A stretch of DNA of 64,000 nt from Muribaculaceae bacterium. GTDB taxonomy: Bacteria; Bacteroidota; Bacteroidia; Bacteroidales; Muribaculaceae. The DNA lies in the NCBI GenBank assembly GCA_045637445.1, contig JAZTZN010000001.1:6693-70692 (forward strand). The letters are read 5' to 3'. Made by a program: the position numbers and the translations under genes. The notes below the pieces were generated by a model. The model saw only the letters and a program-made list of their open reading frames with translations, was not told the DNA's origin and did no database searches. Shown in pieces: positions 47,070 through 56,908 of the stretch. Each line of letters begins with the position of its first letter. Position 1 is the first letter of the stretch.

Positions 47070-47713
47070 TGGAAAATATAAAAGAAGCTCAATATCAAGA
47101 GTTTATCGAAGCAGCTCATCGTGCCGGACGTGAGCATCTGATGCTCTGCAGCAGTGGCAATATGTCGTGGCGAATTGGCGATAAGGTGATGATTTCAGGG
47201 ACAGGCTCATGGTTGCCGGCAATACAAAAGGAGAAAATCGCAATATTAAATCTTGCCGACGCGACATCGCTAAACGGCATAAAACCATCGATGGAGCACG
47301 GTTTTCACTTGGGAGTTTTGCGAAATCGTCCTGACGTAAATGTGGTCCTACACTTTCAATCGGAATATGCAACCACGATTGCCTGCATGAAAAATAAGCC
47401 TGCAAATTTCAATGTGACGGCAGAAATTCCGTGCCACATCGGAAAAGAAATTCCTGTGGTCCCATACTATCGTCCGGGTTCGCCGGAATTGGCTCAAGCT
47501 GTGGTGGAAGCGTTGAAAGACCACGACTCATGTCTTTTGACAAACCACGGACAGGTCGTGTGTGGAAAAGACTTCAATGCAGCATTCGAAAAGGCTATGT
47601 TCTTCGAAATGGCTTGTCGCATAATCGTTCAATCCGGAATGAATTACACAGTTCTTACCGATGAGGAGATTAGAGATCTTGACAAATACGTTTTAGGTAA
47701 AATCACAGACTAA
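47069..47713 (+). CDS. fucA: class II aldolase (L-fuculose-phosphate aldolase-like)
   Basis: SSGNMSWR, the zinc-ligand His pattern (MEHGFHLGV...VLHFQS) and LTNHGQVVCG. The start overlaps the fucO stop (TAATG). Confidence 0.75.
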   Translation: MENIKEAQYQEFIEAAHRAGREHLMLCSSGNMSWRIGDKVMISGTGSWLPAIQKEKIAILNLADATSLNGIKPSMEHGFHLGVLRNRPDVNVVLHFQSEYATTIACMKNKPANFNVTAEIPCHIGKEIPVVPYYRPGSPELAQAVVEALKDHDSCLLTNHGQVVCGKDFNAAFEKAMFFEMACRIIVQSGMNYTVLTDEEIRDLDKYVLGKITD

Positions 47714-47763
47714 ACAACTATGGAAAGAGGAGAAAATTTCGCCTCTCTCTTATCTGAAATATC

Positions 47764-49167
47764 ATGTACTACATAGCAGCAGATTTTGGTGCAGGAAGCG
47801 GAAGAGTGATTGTCGGCAAGCTGGAAAACGGCGAACTGGATATTCACGAAATACATCGTTTCCCCAACCGACAAATTAATTTGGGTGGAAGAGTTTATTG
47901 GGACTTTCTTTCCCTCTACGAGGAGCTGAAAACGGGTTTGAAAAAAGCTTTCGCCAAATATGGCTCACAGATAAAAAGCATAGGAATCGACACATGGGGA
48001 GTGGATTACGGTCTGCTCGACAAAAAAGGACGCTTGCTATCCAATCCGGTGTGTTATCGCGATTCTCGGACACAAGGAATGCTTGAAAAAGCCTTTGAAC
48101 GTTTGCCGAAGGAAAAGTTTTTCTCCCTTGCCGGCAATCAATTCATGGAGATAAACACTGTCTTCCAGCTCTATAGCGCAGTGTCAGAGGGCGATGAATC
48201 GCTGAAGAATGCCGAAAAGTTGCTCTTTATGCCTGACTTGTTTGCATATTTTCTGACCGGGAAAACCATCAACGAATACACTATCTCATCGACATCGCAA
48301 ATGCTCAATTCTCAAAGTCGCGAGTGGGATGACACGATATTCAAATCGCTTTCGTTGCCCAAGAAAATTATGCAAGAGGTGGTCTATCCCGGCACAAAAA
48401 TAGGCGATTTGACAGAGTCGCTGCAAAAGGAATTGGGTGGAAATGCTGATGTCGTTGCTGTAGGCTCTCATGACACAGCATCGGCGCTTGCCGCCATTAC
48501 TGCGGATGACGATGAATGGGCATTTATCAGTTCCGGGACATGGTCGCTTATGGGAATGGTGACTCCGACTCCATTGCAAACCCCTGAAGTGTTGGCTTCT
48601 GATTTCACCAACGAAGGCGCTGTGTCGGGAGAAATCCGTCTGCTAAAAAACATTACAGGGCTGTGGTTGATACAATCACTCGTCAAGGAATGGAGCGAAC
48701 AAGGTCAGGACTGTGACTATTCTCAAATGGTCATTGATGCTGAAACATCATCATGCGAAAGCGTGATAGATGTCAGCGACAGCCGATTTACTGCTCCTCA
48801 AAGCATGGCAGAAGCGATTTGCGACTATTGTGCAGAGACAAAACAGGATTTGCCACGTACGCAAGGCGACTATATGCGATTGGTCTGCCAATCATTGGCG
48901 GAAGAATATGCCAAAGTCAAACAAGAGTTGGAGCAATCACTCGGTCGCAAGATAAAGACCATATATATCGTAGGCGGCGGCTCGCAAAACGGATTGCTGA
49001 ACAAAATGACTGCACAAAAGACCGGATGCAAAGTGATAGCCGGACCGGTGGAAGCGACAGCCATAGGCAACATTAAAGTGCAGGCACAAGCCTCCGGAGA
49101 ATTGTCAAAAGACAAACACCTCAGATTAAAAGGCGACGGGATGGAATTAAAAACATTTCTGCCGTAA
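47764..49167 (+). CDS. fucK: FGGY-family sugar kinase (L-fuculokinase/rhamnulokinase type)
   Basis: N-terminal AADFGAGSGRV, IGIDTWGVDYGLLD, GSHDTASA and the C-terminal IVGGGSQN motifs. Confidence 0.8.
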   Translation: MYYIAADFGAGSGRVIVGKLENGELDIHEIHRFPNRQINLGGRVYWDFLSLYEELKTGLKKAFAKYGSQIKSIGIDTWGVDYGLLDKKGRLLSNPVCYRDSRTQGMLEKAFERLPKEKFFSLAGNQFMEINTVFQLYSAVSEGDESLKNAEKLLFMPDLFAYFLTGKTINEYTISSTSQMLNSQSREWDDTIFKSLSLPKKIMQEVVYPGTKIGDLTESLQKELGGNADVVAVGSHDTASALAAITADDDEWAFISSGTWSLMGMVTPTPLQTPEVLASDFTNEGAVSGEIRLLKNITGLWLIQSLVKEWSEQGQDCDYSQMVIDAETSSCESVIDVSDSRFTAPQSMAEAICDYCAETKQDLPRTQGDYMRLVCQSLAEEYAKVKQELEQSLGRKIKTIYIVGGGSQNGLLNKMTAQKTGCKVIAGPVEATAIGNIKVQAQASGELSKDKHLRLKGDGMELKTFLP

Positions 49168-49234
49168 GAAATAAATATATGAAGGGAGTTTTTAGAAGTT
49201 CCCTTAACTCTCAAACGTTAAAACACATATTGCA

Positions 49235-50551
49235 ATGACAAAAGATAAAACAAAAGTAGTGGAAAAATCGATGCTGGTGCCATTCATAATGTTGGTGTCA
49301 TGCTTCGTGTTGTGGGGCTTGCTCAACAATATGACCGATAATCTTGTCCCGGCATTCGGCAAAATCTTCATGATGTCGGCAGTAGATTCATCCTTTGTGC
49401 AGATAGCTTTCTATGGTGCGTATGCTGTGTTGGCAATTCCTGCAGCAATAATAATCAAAAAGTTTTCATATCGAGTGGGTGTATTGTTCGGATTGGGGCT
49501 TTACATGATTGGAGCTTTGGGATATATACCTTCGGCGATAATCCAAAGCTACGACATGTTTCTTGTGTCGATATTTGTGTTGGCGTGCGGACTGTCGGTG
49601 CTCGAAACGACTTGCAACCCCTACGTGATTTCGCTCGGCACGAAAGAGACATCAATTCAGCGATTGAACTTCGCGCAAGCGTTTAATCCGCTTGGCTCAT
49701 TAGCCGGTATATTCTTGGCAAAATATATGATTCTGGCGCATCTGAATCCGGCGACCTACGAAGAACGAATTGCTATGGAGCCTGATGTGCTCAACAGCAT
49801 CCAAAACGATGAGCTGCTTTGGGTGTGTGTGCCATACGTCGGATTGGTTTTGATAGCTTTGATAATCTGGATATTCTTCTATAACTTCAAGCGTCCGGAA
49901 AACAAAGCGGAAGAAGGCGATTTGAACATCGTAGCATCATTCAAAAAGTTAATACGCAAACCTCGATACTATTGGGGTGTCGCAGCTCAATTTTTCTATG
50001 TCGGACTGCAAATAACCGTATGGACATGGACAGTAAAATATGCTATGACTGTGTTTGGCGATGCTGTTAATGAAGCTGCCGCGGCTCAATACTATCTGTA
50101 TGCAATCGTCTTATTTATTCTATGTCGTTGGATTTGCACGGCATTGATGCGTCGTTTCAATCCGGCAGTGATGTTGTCGATATTTGCATTTGCCGGAATA
50201 GCTGCTTGTTTGGCAACAATTTATCTCCCTGCCGAGGTGTCGATATGGACATTGATCGCTATTTCCGGATGTATGTCATTAATGTTCCCTACAATCTACG
50301 GCATCGCCTTGTATGGAATGGGCGATGAAGTGAAACTTGGTGCTGCGGGATTGATAATGGCAATCTTGGGTGGCGCTGTGATAACTCCGATCATGGGAAT
50401 GTTTATCGACAACGGATGGTTGAATACATTAATCTCGTCGGCATACAGTTTTGAAGAGGCTGCGATACGCACGTCATTCTATATCCCTGTGGTTTGCTTC
50501 GCTATCGTATTGGCATACGGAATCTACATCAAATGCACCGACAAGGACTAA
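49235..50551 (+). CDS. fucP: L-fucose:H+ symporter permease (MFS)
   Basis: 12-TM MFS protein with the FucP-like N-terminus (FVLWGLLNNMTDNLVP.F). Last gene of the fucose operon. Confidence 0.85.
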   Translation: MTKDKTKVVEKSMLVPFIMLVSCFVLWGLLNNMTDNLVPAFGKIFMMSAVDSSFVQIAFYGAYAVLAIPAAIIIKKFSYRVGVLFGLGLYMIGALGYIPSAIIQSYDMFLVSIFVLACGLSVLETTCNPYVISLGTKETSIQRLNFAQAFNPLGSLAGIFLAKYMILAHLNPATYEERIAMEPDVLNSIQNDELLWVCVPYVGLVLIALIIWIFFYNFKRPENKAEEGDLNIVASFKKLIRKPRYYWGVAAQFFYVGLQITVWTWTVKYAMTVFGDAVNEAAAAQYYLYAIVLFILCRWICTALMRRFNPAVMLSIFAFAGIAACLATIYLPAEVSIWTLIAISGCMSLMFPTIYGIALYGMGDEVKLGAAGLIMAILGGAVITPIMGMFIDNGWLNTLISSAYSFEEAAIRTSFYIPVVCFAIVLAYGIYIKCTDKD

Positions 50552-50640
50552 GCAATTCACTTGGGTAACAGTGTAGAATACCGCGGGTGAGCGAAGCCGT
50601 CAGGCGAGCGCCACCCGTGGATAAGTAAACTCCTCTGTGC

Positions 50641-50760
50641 TCGTTGTATTTGGCTTTTCGGTCCTTCGGACCTCCATTTCCTACATACTCGTTGTACTTT
50701 ACCCTCCAATCTTCCGGACCACCTCTCTTCGTGGCCTATTCGTTGTATTATGGCTTGCTG
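50641..50760. repeat. degenerate ~50-bp tandem repeat (about 2.5 units)
   Basis: Units start with tcgttgta(t/c)t at 50641, 50689 and 50740. Each carries a ttc(c)gga(c)c hairpin-like core (ggtccttcggacc in unit 1). Confidence 0.6.
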
Positions 50761-51457
50761 CAAAACCTTTGCTCTGATAAAACAAAAAAAGCGGACGACT
50801 CCTCTCGGATGGGTCCACTTGTATCTTGCGTACAACAAGCATAAGTAATCGATATAAATACCAATTAGAAAGGAGGTCTTATGACTTGATGCGCAAGATT
50901 TACACATTTCTTTTTAGAAATGAACCATTATTTAACCAAACATTATCACTGTCAATGATTGACAATGTGCTCCCTCTCGAATCACTTCGGTAAGAAGCAT
51001 TATTATTCACCATGATTTTTTTTGTAGCAACTTTCTCGCGAAAGATATATGTATTAATCTACAAACCTTGGTAATATACATTTTTTGATGTTTGCAAAGA
51101 TATATATAATTTCTGATATAAGTACTAAAAAATATTTATTTTTTTATCAAAAAGTCTAATCATGTTTTTTCTTGCAAAGAAATATGATACAATAAATGGT
51201 GTAATCGCAACATTTTGTATAAACTATATTTATTGTATAATATTTAAGTATTATAATTTTATGTTTTACTATCCATTTTGAAAGTTGCAATATTTTTTAA
51301 TTTATTACTTTCTTTTTGCAATTAATCATGCTCTATAAAATCTTTTATCGAAAGAAAAACACTTATTTTTCGCAACATAAACTATTTTTTTAATATAGCA
51401 TAAATGTTATATCGTTTATTGTTACAACAATACTAACCTTTCTTCGTTAATAAAATA

Positions 51458-52384
51458 ATGAAAAAGATGATTTTTACATTTGTGGCAATAGTCGCAGCTT
51501 TAATATCTTATGCAAAGGAAGAGCATGAGACTGCAGAAGTTTTATACCGCAAAGCATACGCTATTGAAATCGGCAACGACAGCACCCCCGGTAATGTCCA
51601 AAAGGCTATCCCGCTCTACATTCGTTCGGCTGAAGCCGGATATGCTCCCGCTCAAAGCTATTTGGGTTTCTGCTATTACAACGGAAACGGCACCGATCGT
51701 CAGCCACATCTCGGCATCAGTTGGATTGAGAAAGCAGCCATGCAAGGCGACATAAAAGCATGCAACAATTTGGGTTGGCTTTTGGCAAACGGTGAGGAAG
51801 TAGTCAGAGACTATCCCAAGGCTGCTTATTGGTTTGAGAAAGCAGCCAATGCCGGTCTGCCAATGGCACAATCGCAGCTTGCCGATTTATACAGAGAAGG
51901 CAAAGGCGTAGAACCGGATTCGCTTGTCGCTCGCAATTTATACATCGCAGCCATTGCCGGCGGCTTGGCAGACGCCGAGCGTAAACTGCTTGCCATGGAC
52001 TATCGTCGATACCTGACATTATCAGCCGATAGCGCTGCCTCGGAAGGTATTGATTTCTACAAGCGTCGTGCATATTCCATATCGGCAACTCTTTTCGAGA
52101 TAGCAGTCGAAAAAGGAAGTGCACCGGCAAAATTTTGGTTGGCAGAATCCTATGCTCATGGCAGAGGCGTAAAATACGACTTCGATAAGGCTCTCAATTG
52201 GTATTACCAAGCAGCATGCGACGGCATCGCATCGGCACAATACATTGTCGCTGAGACGCTTGAAATGTTTCCCGACGCCATACCCCAAGACACTCATGGC
52301 CCGAAATATTGGCTCGACAAAGCACATCAGGCAGGCGTATTTTCTGCCGAAGATGCCTATTCAAAAATCATAGAAAATCAATAA
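51458..52384 (+). CDS. secreted Sel1-repeat (SLR/TPR-like) protein
   Basis: Signal peptide MKKMIFTFVAIVAALISYA. Repeated A..W..KAA..G...A...LG..Y..G.GV units (AEAGYAPAQSYLGFCYYNGNG, AAMQGDIKACNNLGWLL, AANAGLPMAQSQLADLYREGKGV). Confidence 0.8.
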   Translation: MKKMIFTFVAIVAALISYAKEEHETAEVLYRKAYAIEIGNDSTPGNVQKAIPLYIRSAEAGYAPAQSYLGFCYYNGNGTDRQPHLGISWIEKAAMQGDIKACNNLGWLLANGEEVVRDYPKAAYWFEKAANAGLPMAQSQLADLYREGKGVEPDSLVARNLYIAAIAGGLADAERKLLAMDYRRYLTLSADSAASEGIDFYKRRAYSISATLFEIAVEKGSAPAKFWLAESYAHGRGVKYDFDKALNWYYQAACDGIASAQYIVAETLEMFPDAIPQDTHGPKYWLDKAHQAGVFSAEDAYSKIIENQ

Positions 52385-52412
52385 ATACATTAATTCACAT
52401 ACATTATTAAAC

Positions 52413-52874
52413 ATGAAAAAATCAACTCTAATCAGACTATTCATTGCAGTCCTATTACTTGGCGCCACACCAATGCTATCGGCAAGCAACCTTTCAAAGG
52501 CAGATCAATCGACAGCGGCAAATCAAAAATCGACATCCTCATTAGAGACACTATTCAAAAATGCTATCAGTCAATATCCCGGCGATATAAATTTATTTGA
52601 CAACCCTACGCTGAAACAGCGCATGATCAGATTGCTCGGAAAGCAACGATATGAAATTTTCATCGAATACTTCGAAGTGCAGACACCTGTAGAATATTTC
52701 AGAGGAGCATACTCCGCATTTGCATGTCAAGCCCACAATTGCGGCTTTACTGAATTTGAAGTTCTCTACTTCCCATACGAGGACAACCTTTGCATACGCT
52801 ATCGTGTTGATGATGTCGAATCCATATTTATGGAAAAAGAAACCTACGTCACCTGGCCTAACAAAAATACATAA
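52413..52874 (+). CDS. secreted protein, possible Ivy-family (inhibitor of vertebrate lysozyme) homologue
   Basis: Signal peptide MKKSTLIRLFIAVLLLGATPMLSA. The loop FACQAHNCGFTEFEVLYF resembles the Ivy active loop SACKPHDCG..(I)AV(M). Confidence 0.45.
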   Translation: MKKSTLIRLFIAVLLLGATPMLSASNLSKADQSTAANQKSTSSLETLFKNAISQYPGDINLFDNPTLKQRMIRLLGKQRYEIFIEYFEVQTPVEYFRGAYSAFACQAHNCGFTEFEVLYFPYEDNLCIRYRVDDVESIFMEKETYVTWPNKNT

Positions 52875-53137
52875 TCAGAAGCTACATTAAGAAAACATAC
52901 AAGTTACAGATTTATTTTAGATTTATTTCAGTCTAATTGGGCAAACTTTATCGTTTGTTTCTTTGTAGTATCATAATTATTTTGTAATATTGCAAAGCAA
53001 TTGACAGTCTGCAATCTTAACGTTTTTTGACATATAAATGCAAAACTCTTGCAGTGGTGATGTACTAATTTTGCATCGTCAAGCGATAAAGACAGACAGT
53101 CGCAGACATCAATCAACACTTAAAAAATTTATCAACA

Positions 53138-54310
53138 ATGGCAAAAAAGAAATCAGCAGTGACGACTACAGGTCGTATAGACAATAGCGATCAGAAAATG
53201 AAAGCCTTGCAAATGGCAATGGAGCATATCGAAAAAGACTTTGGCAAAGGAGCCATCATGCGCATGGGCGACGAATCAATTGAAGACGTAGAGGTAATCT
53301 CTTCAGGCTCAATTGCGTTAGACCAAGCGTTGGGCGTCGGTGGTTATCCTCGAGGAAGAATTATCGAAATCTATGGTGCAGAATCATCTGGTAAGACCAC
53401 ACTTGCCATTCATGCCATCGCAGAGGCACAAAAAAATGGTGGCGTAGCAGCTATCATCGATGCCGAACACGCATTCGACAGATTCTATGCCGAGCAACTC
53501 GGTGTCGATGTCAACAACCTTTGGATAGCCCAACCGGATTGCGGTGAGCAAGCTCTTGACATCGCCGAGCAATTGATCAACTCCGGAGCTATCGACATCA
53601 TCGTTATCGACTCTGTCGCAGCATTGACTCCAAAGACAGAAATCGAAGGCGAAATGGGCGATAAAAATGTGGGCTTGCATGCACGTCTAATGTCGCAAGC
53701 GATGCGAAAAATGACAGCATCAATTTCTCGCACACGCACCACTTGTATTTTCATCAACCAAATACGCGAAAAAATCAGCGCAATGCCATTCACCAATCCG
53801 GAAACGACCACCGGTGGTAATGCCTTGAAATTCTACTCATCGGTACGTCTCGAAATACGCCCTTCATCACTTATCAAAGAAGGCGAAAACGTATTGGGAC
53901 GCACTGTCAAGGTCAAGGTTGTCAAAAACAAGGTAGCACCTCCTTTCCGTCGTGCCGAATTTGACATTATGTTTGGCGAAGGTATCTCTCGCACCGGCGA
54001 AGTGCTCGACATGAGCGTCGATATGGGCATCGTCAAGAAGTCCGGTTCGTGGTTCTCTTACGAAGGCACAAAAATCGCACAAGGACGCGACGCTGCAAAA
54101 GAAGTGCTTGCCGACAATCCGGAATTGATGGAAGAATTGACAGAAAAAATTAAGGCTAAACTTAACGAAAAGCCGGAAGAAAAGCCTCGCACAGCAGCCA
54201 CTCCATTCCTGCCACGCGACAATGAAAGCCAACGAGTTCCTCTCGACGAAGAATTCGATGCAATCGGAGATGCAATCGACGACGAAGTGGAGGACATTAG
54301 CTTCGACTAA
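53138..54310 (+). CDS. recA: recombinase RecA
   Basis: Walker [28 protein letters not shown] and L2-loop region NQIREKI. Has an unusually long acidic C-terminal tail. Confidence 0.95.
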   Translation: MAKKKSAVTTTGRIDNSDQKMKALQMAMEHIEKDFGKGAIMRMGDESIEDVEVISSGSIALDQALGVGGYPRGRIIEIYGAESSGKTTLAIHAIAEAQKNGGVAAIIDAEHAFDRFYAEQLGVDVNNLWIAQPDCGEQALDIAEQLINSGAIDIIVIDSVAALTPKTEIEGEMGDKNVGLHARLMSQAMRKMTASISRTRTTCIFINQIREKISAMPFTNPETTTGGNALKFYSSVRLEIRPSSLIKEGENVLGRTVKVKVVKNKVAPPFRRAEFDIMFGEGISRTGEVLDMSVDMGIVKKSGSWFSYEGTKIAQGRDAAKEVLADNPELMEELTEKIKAKLNEKPEEKPRTAATPFLPRDNESQRVPLDEEFDAIGDAIDDEVEDISFD

Positions 54311-54417
54311 TCAGTCGATACGCATAAAGTCATAGCTTTATCGCAAACAGATAAAAGAACTTTGTACGAAACAACTCATAATTTTTTACTTTTAGGTTAA
54401 TAATGTTAGTGATACTT

Positions 54418-54455
54418 GATGTGGATTATCCGCGAGGACAATCCACATCTTTTTT
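54418..54455 (+). terminator. rho-independent terminator downstream of recA
   Basis: 10-bp stem gatgtggatt (54418-54427) pairs with aatccacatc (54440-54449), followed by TTTTTT (54450-54455). Confidence 0.75.
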
Positions 54456-54814
54456 GTTACATATCAGCTTATCACGTCATTCGGACGGCAACGCCAATCG
54501 CCAAAAGTGGAGGTCCGAAGAACCGGTGTGTCAAGTATGTAACGATGTGGAGGCAATTCCTTTGTAGTCGTTTAATGTTTAGTGTTTAAGGCAAATCGAT
54601 TTGGGATTTTGCTTAAACCCTTAACATTAAACACCATAGAAGCATAGCCTCCCTATCGGGGTAACTACGACACCTCAAACCTATATAGAGACAAAACCAC
54701 CTGTATAACGATAGCGTATAGCGCATGAGTAGGTGATAAGTGAGTAGTTCGCATCTATCACTAAATTCCCTAATCTCCCTAAATTCCTTACACGCCCTAC
54801 ACTCCCTAACCCCA

Positions 54815-54850
54815 ACAAAAAAGTAGAGCTTGTATCACTACAAACTCTAC
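54815..54850 (-). terminator. rho-independent terminator downstream of the amylase gene
   Basis: 12-bp stem gtagagcttgta (54823-54834) pairs with tacaaactctac (54839-54850), with one G-U pair. The plus-strand A-run at 54817-54822 gives a U-run on the minus transcript. Confidence 0.7.
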
Positions 54851-54887
54851 CTTACATCTTAACTTTTAATCAAGTAATTAACCTATT

Positions 54888-56291
54888 TTAATATTTAACG
54901 TATATCTTATATTCCCAAGGGTTGAGTGTCTTTGGCAAATCAGCTTTTTTATTACCAAAATAATCACTCATTCCTGTAATATCCGGCATATTATTATTCT
55001 TAAACGTCAATGGCAATTTCTCGTTGCTGAGATTTACGATAACGACTATTTTGCTATCGCCTGACTGACGAGTGAAAGCATAGATGTCGCGTTCGGAAGT
55101 CAAATGGCGTTTCCACTGCTGACCTTTCACCCCTGCATCCAATGCCGGAGTGTTATGCTTAAGAGCATTTAATCGCTTGTAGAATTCTGTCCATTCGTTT
55201 GGCGTATAATCCGGCGTTTGGTCATGCTTAAAAAATTCAAACGCATGATTGAAGCCTACTTCCTGACCGGTGTACATCATCGGAATACCCGGCAATGTAT
55301 AAGAAAGAACGGCAAAAGCACCCACGCCGTCGGTATAGCGTTCAAACTCGGTGCCTTCCCATGAGTTGAGGTCATGATTTGTAATCATGTTCATGTTTAT
55401 GGCTCTTTTTGGATATTGTCTTGACTGCGTCATCAGCAATGAGTCGATGGCAAGAGCATCCTTCTTCGGGAGATTTTGTTCTTTCTCGATCGCATACTTA
55501 TTGATGCCCTTTGTCGCTGCTATCGCATTAAACAAATCCTTCATCGGCCAATTGTAGTCGGCATCAAAAGCCGATATCAACAGCTCCGGCTTTGTCGCTT
55601 CTGCCAACATAAACACCGGCTTGATCTTTTCCAATTCTCTGCGAGCTTCTTCCCAAAATTCTGTCGGCACTTCACCGGCAACATCACAACGATAGCCATC
55701 GACATCCAACTCTTTTACCCAAAATTTCATAGCGTCCAACATTCTATGACGCATTTGTGCGTTGTTGTAATTGAGTTTATAAGTGTCTGTCCAATCGTAA
55801 GGACTTGTGAATTTACCGTTTTTGCGAACATAGAAATCAGGATTTGATTTCACCCACGGATGGTCGCATCCTGTGTGATTGCACACTTCATCAAGAATCA
55901 CTTTCATGCCATAGCTATGTGCTGTCTTGACAAGATGTCGAAAATCATCCATCGTTCCAAACTCCGGATTGACAGCCTTATAGTCGGCAACAGCATAGTA
56001 GCTTCCTAATTCACCTTTACGATTGACTTTGCTTATCGGATGTATCGGCATCAACCACAGAATATCGACACCCAATTCTTTCAGACGTGGGATTTCTTGT
56101 GTGAATGATTTGAATGTTCTGCCCTCTGTCCCCTGTCGGAGATTTACTTCATAAATAACAGCATTTCTGCTCCATTCCACATGATTACACTTGGTCATTA
56201 TTGAGCCTAATGCCGGCTCTGAAGCGACAGCGGAAGAAACAAATAATCCTGCGATTGCAGCAAATATCGTTGCAAATTTCAATCGTTTCAT
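54888..56291 (-). CDS. alpha-amylase-family glycoside hydrolase (GH13), secreted
   Basis: Signal peptide, then GH13 conserved regions (DEVCNHTG, GYRCDVAG, MLAEA, ITNHD). Confidence 0.85.
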   Translation of the reverse strand: MKRLKFATIFAAIAGLFVSSAVASEPALGSIMTKCNHVEWSRNAVIYEVNLRQGTEGRTFKSFTQEIPRLKELGVDILWLMPIHPISKVNRKGELGSYYAVADYKAVNPEFGTMDDFRHLVKTAHSYGMKVILDEVCNHTGCDHPWVKSNPDFYVRKNGKFTSPYDWTDTYKLNYNNAQMRHRMLDAMKFWVKELDVDGYRCDVAGEVPTEFWEEARRELEKIKPVFMLAEATKPELLISAFDADYNWPMKDLFNAIAATKGINKYAIEKEQNLPKKDALAIDSLLMTQSRQYPKRAINMNMITNHDLNSWEGTEFERYTDGVGAFAVLSYTLPGIPMMYTGQEVGFNHAFEFFKHDQTPDYTPNEWTEFYKRLNALKHNTPALDAGVKGQQWKRHLTSERDIYAFTRQSGDSKIVVIVNLSNEKLPLTFKNNNMPDITGMSDYFGNKKADLPKTLNPWEYKIYVKY

Positions 56292-56305
56292 ATAGGTAAC
56301 GTTTT

Positions 56306-56863
56306 TTAGACTGTGAGAATTTCTTTTTCTTTGGCAGCGAAGAGTTCGTCGATCTTCTTCATGTATTTATCATGAAGCTTCTGAACATCTGCTTCCGCAT
56401 CTTTTTCTACGTCTTCGCTAAGACCATTCTTTATCTCTTTCTTCAATCCGTCAATAGCTTCGCGACGAGCGTTGCGCACCGATACTTTGGCATTTTCAGC
56501 CTCGCTCTTTGACTGCTTAACGAGTTGCTTACGACGTTCTTCAGTCAATGGAGGAATACAGATGCGGATTACTTCGCCGTTGTTTTCCGGAGTCACACCG
56601 AGGTCGGAGTTGATGATTGCTTTTTCTATTTCCTTAAACATTGACTTTTCCCATGGAGTGATAGCGATGGTGCGAGCGTCAGGCACGCTTACGTTAGCAA
56701 CGTTTGAGATTGGCGCTGCACTGCCATAATAGTCAACACGAATACCGTCGAGCAGACGAGCAGATGCTTTACCGGCACGGATGTGCGACAATGTATCATC
56801 GAGATATTCGACAGCCATTTGCATGCTGTCTTCAGCTTCTTGGAGATATTCTTTTACTTCCAT
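56306..56863 (-). CDS. frr: ribosome recycling factor
   Basis: 185 aa. Classic Frr motifs ([36 protein letters not shown]). Confidence 0.95.
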   Translation of the reverse strand: MEVKEYLQEAEDSMQMAVEYLDDTLSHIRAGKASARLLDGIRVDYYGSAAPISNVANVSVPDARTIAITPWEKSMFKEIEKAIINSDLGVTPENNGEVIRICIPPLTEERRKQLVKQSKSEAENAKVSVRNARREAIDGLKKEIKNGLSEDVEKDAEADVQKLHDKYMKKIDELFAAKEKEILTV

Positions 56864-56908
56864 TGTTGTGATATGTTTGTTTTGTTAATAATTGACGTTT
56901 TTGTGTAT

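Noticed and set aside
50557-50907. 116-aa minus-strand ORF and 66-aa plus-strand ORF downstream of fucP
   Set aside because: They lie in the degenerate 50-bp repeat/hairpin region, have no start context or motifs, and their amino-acid composition is driven by the repeats.
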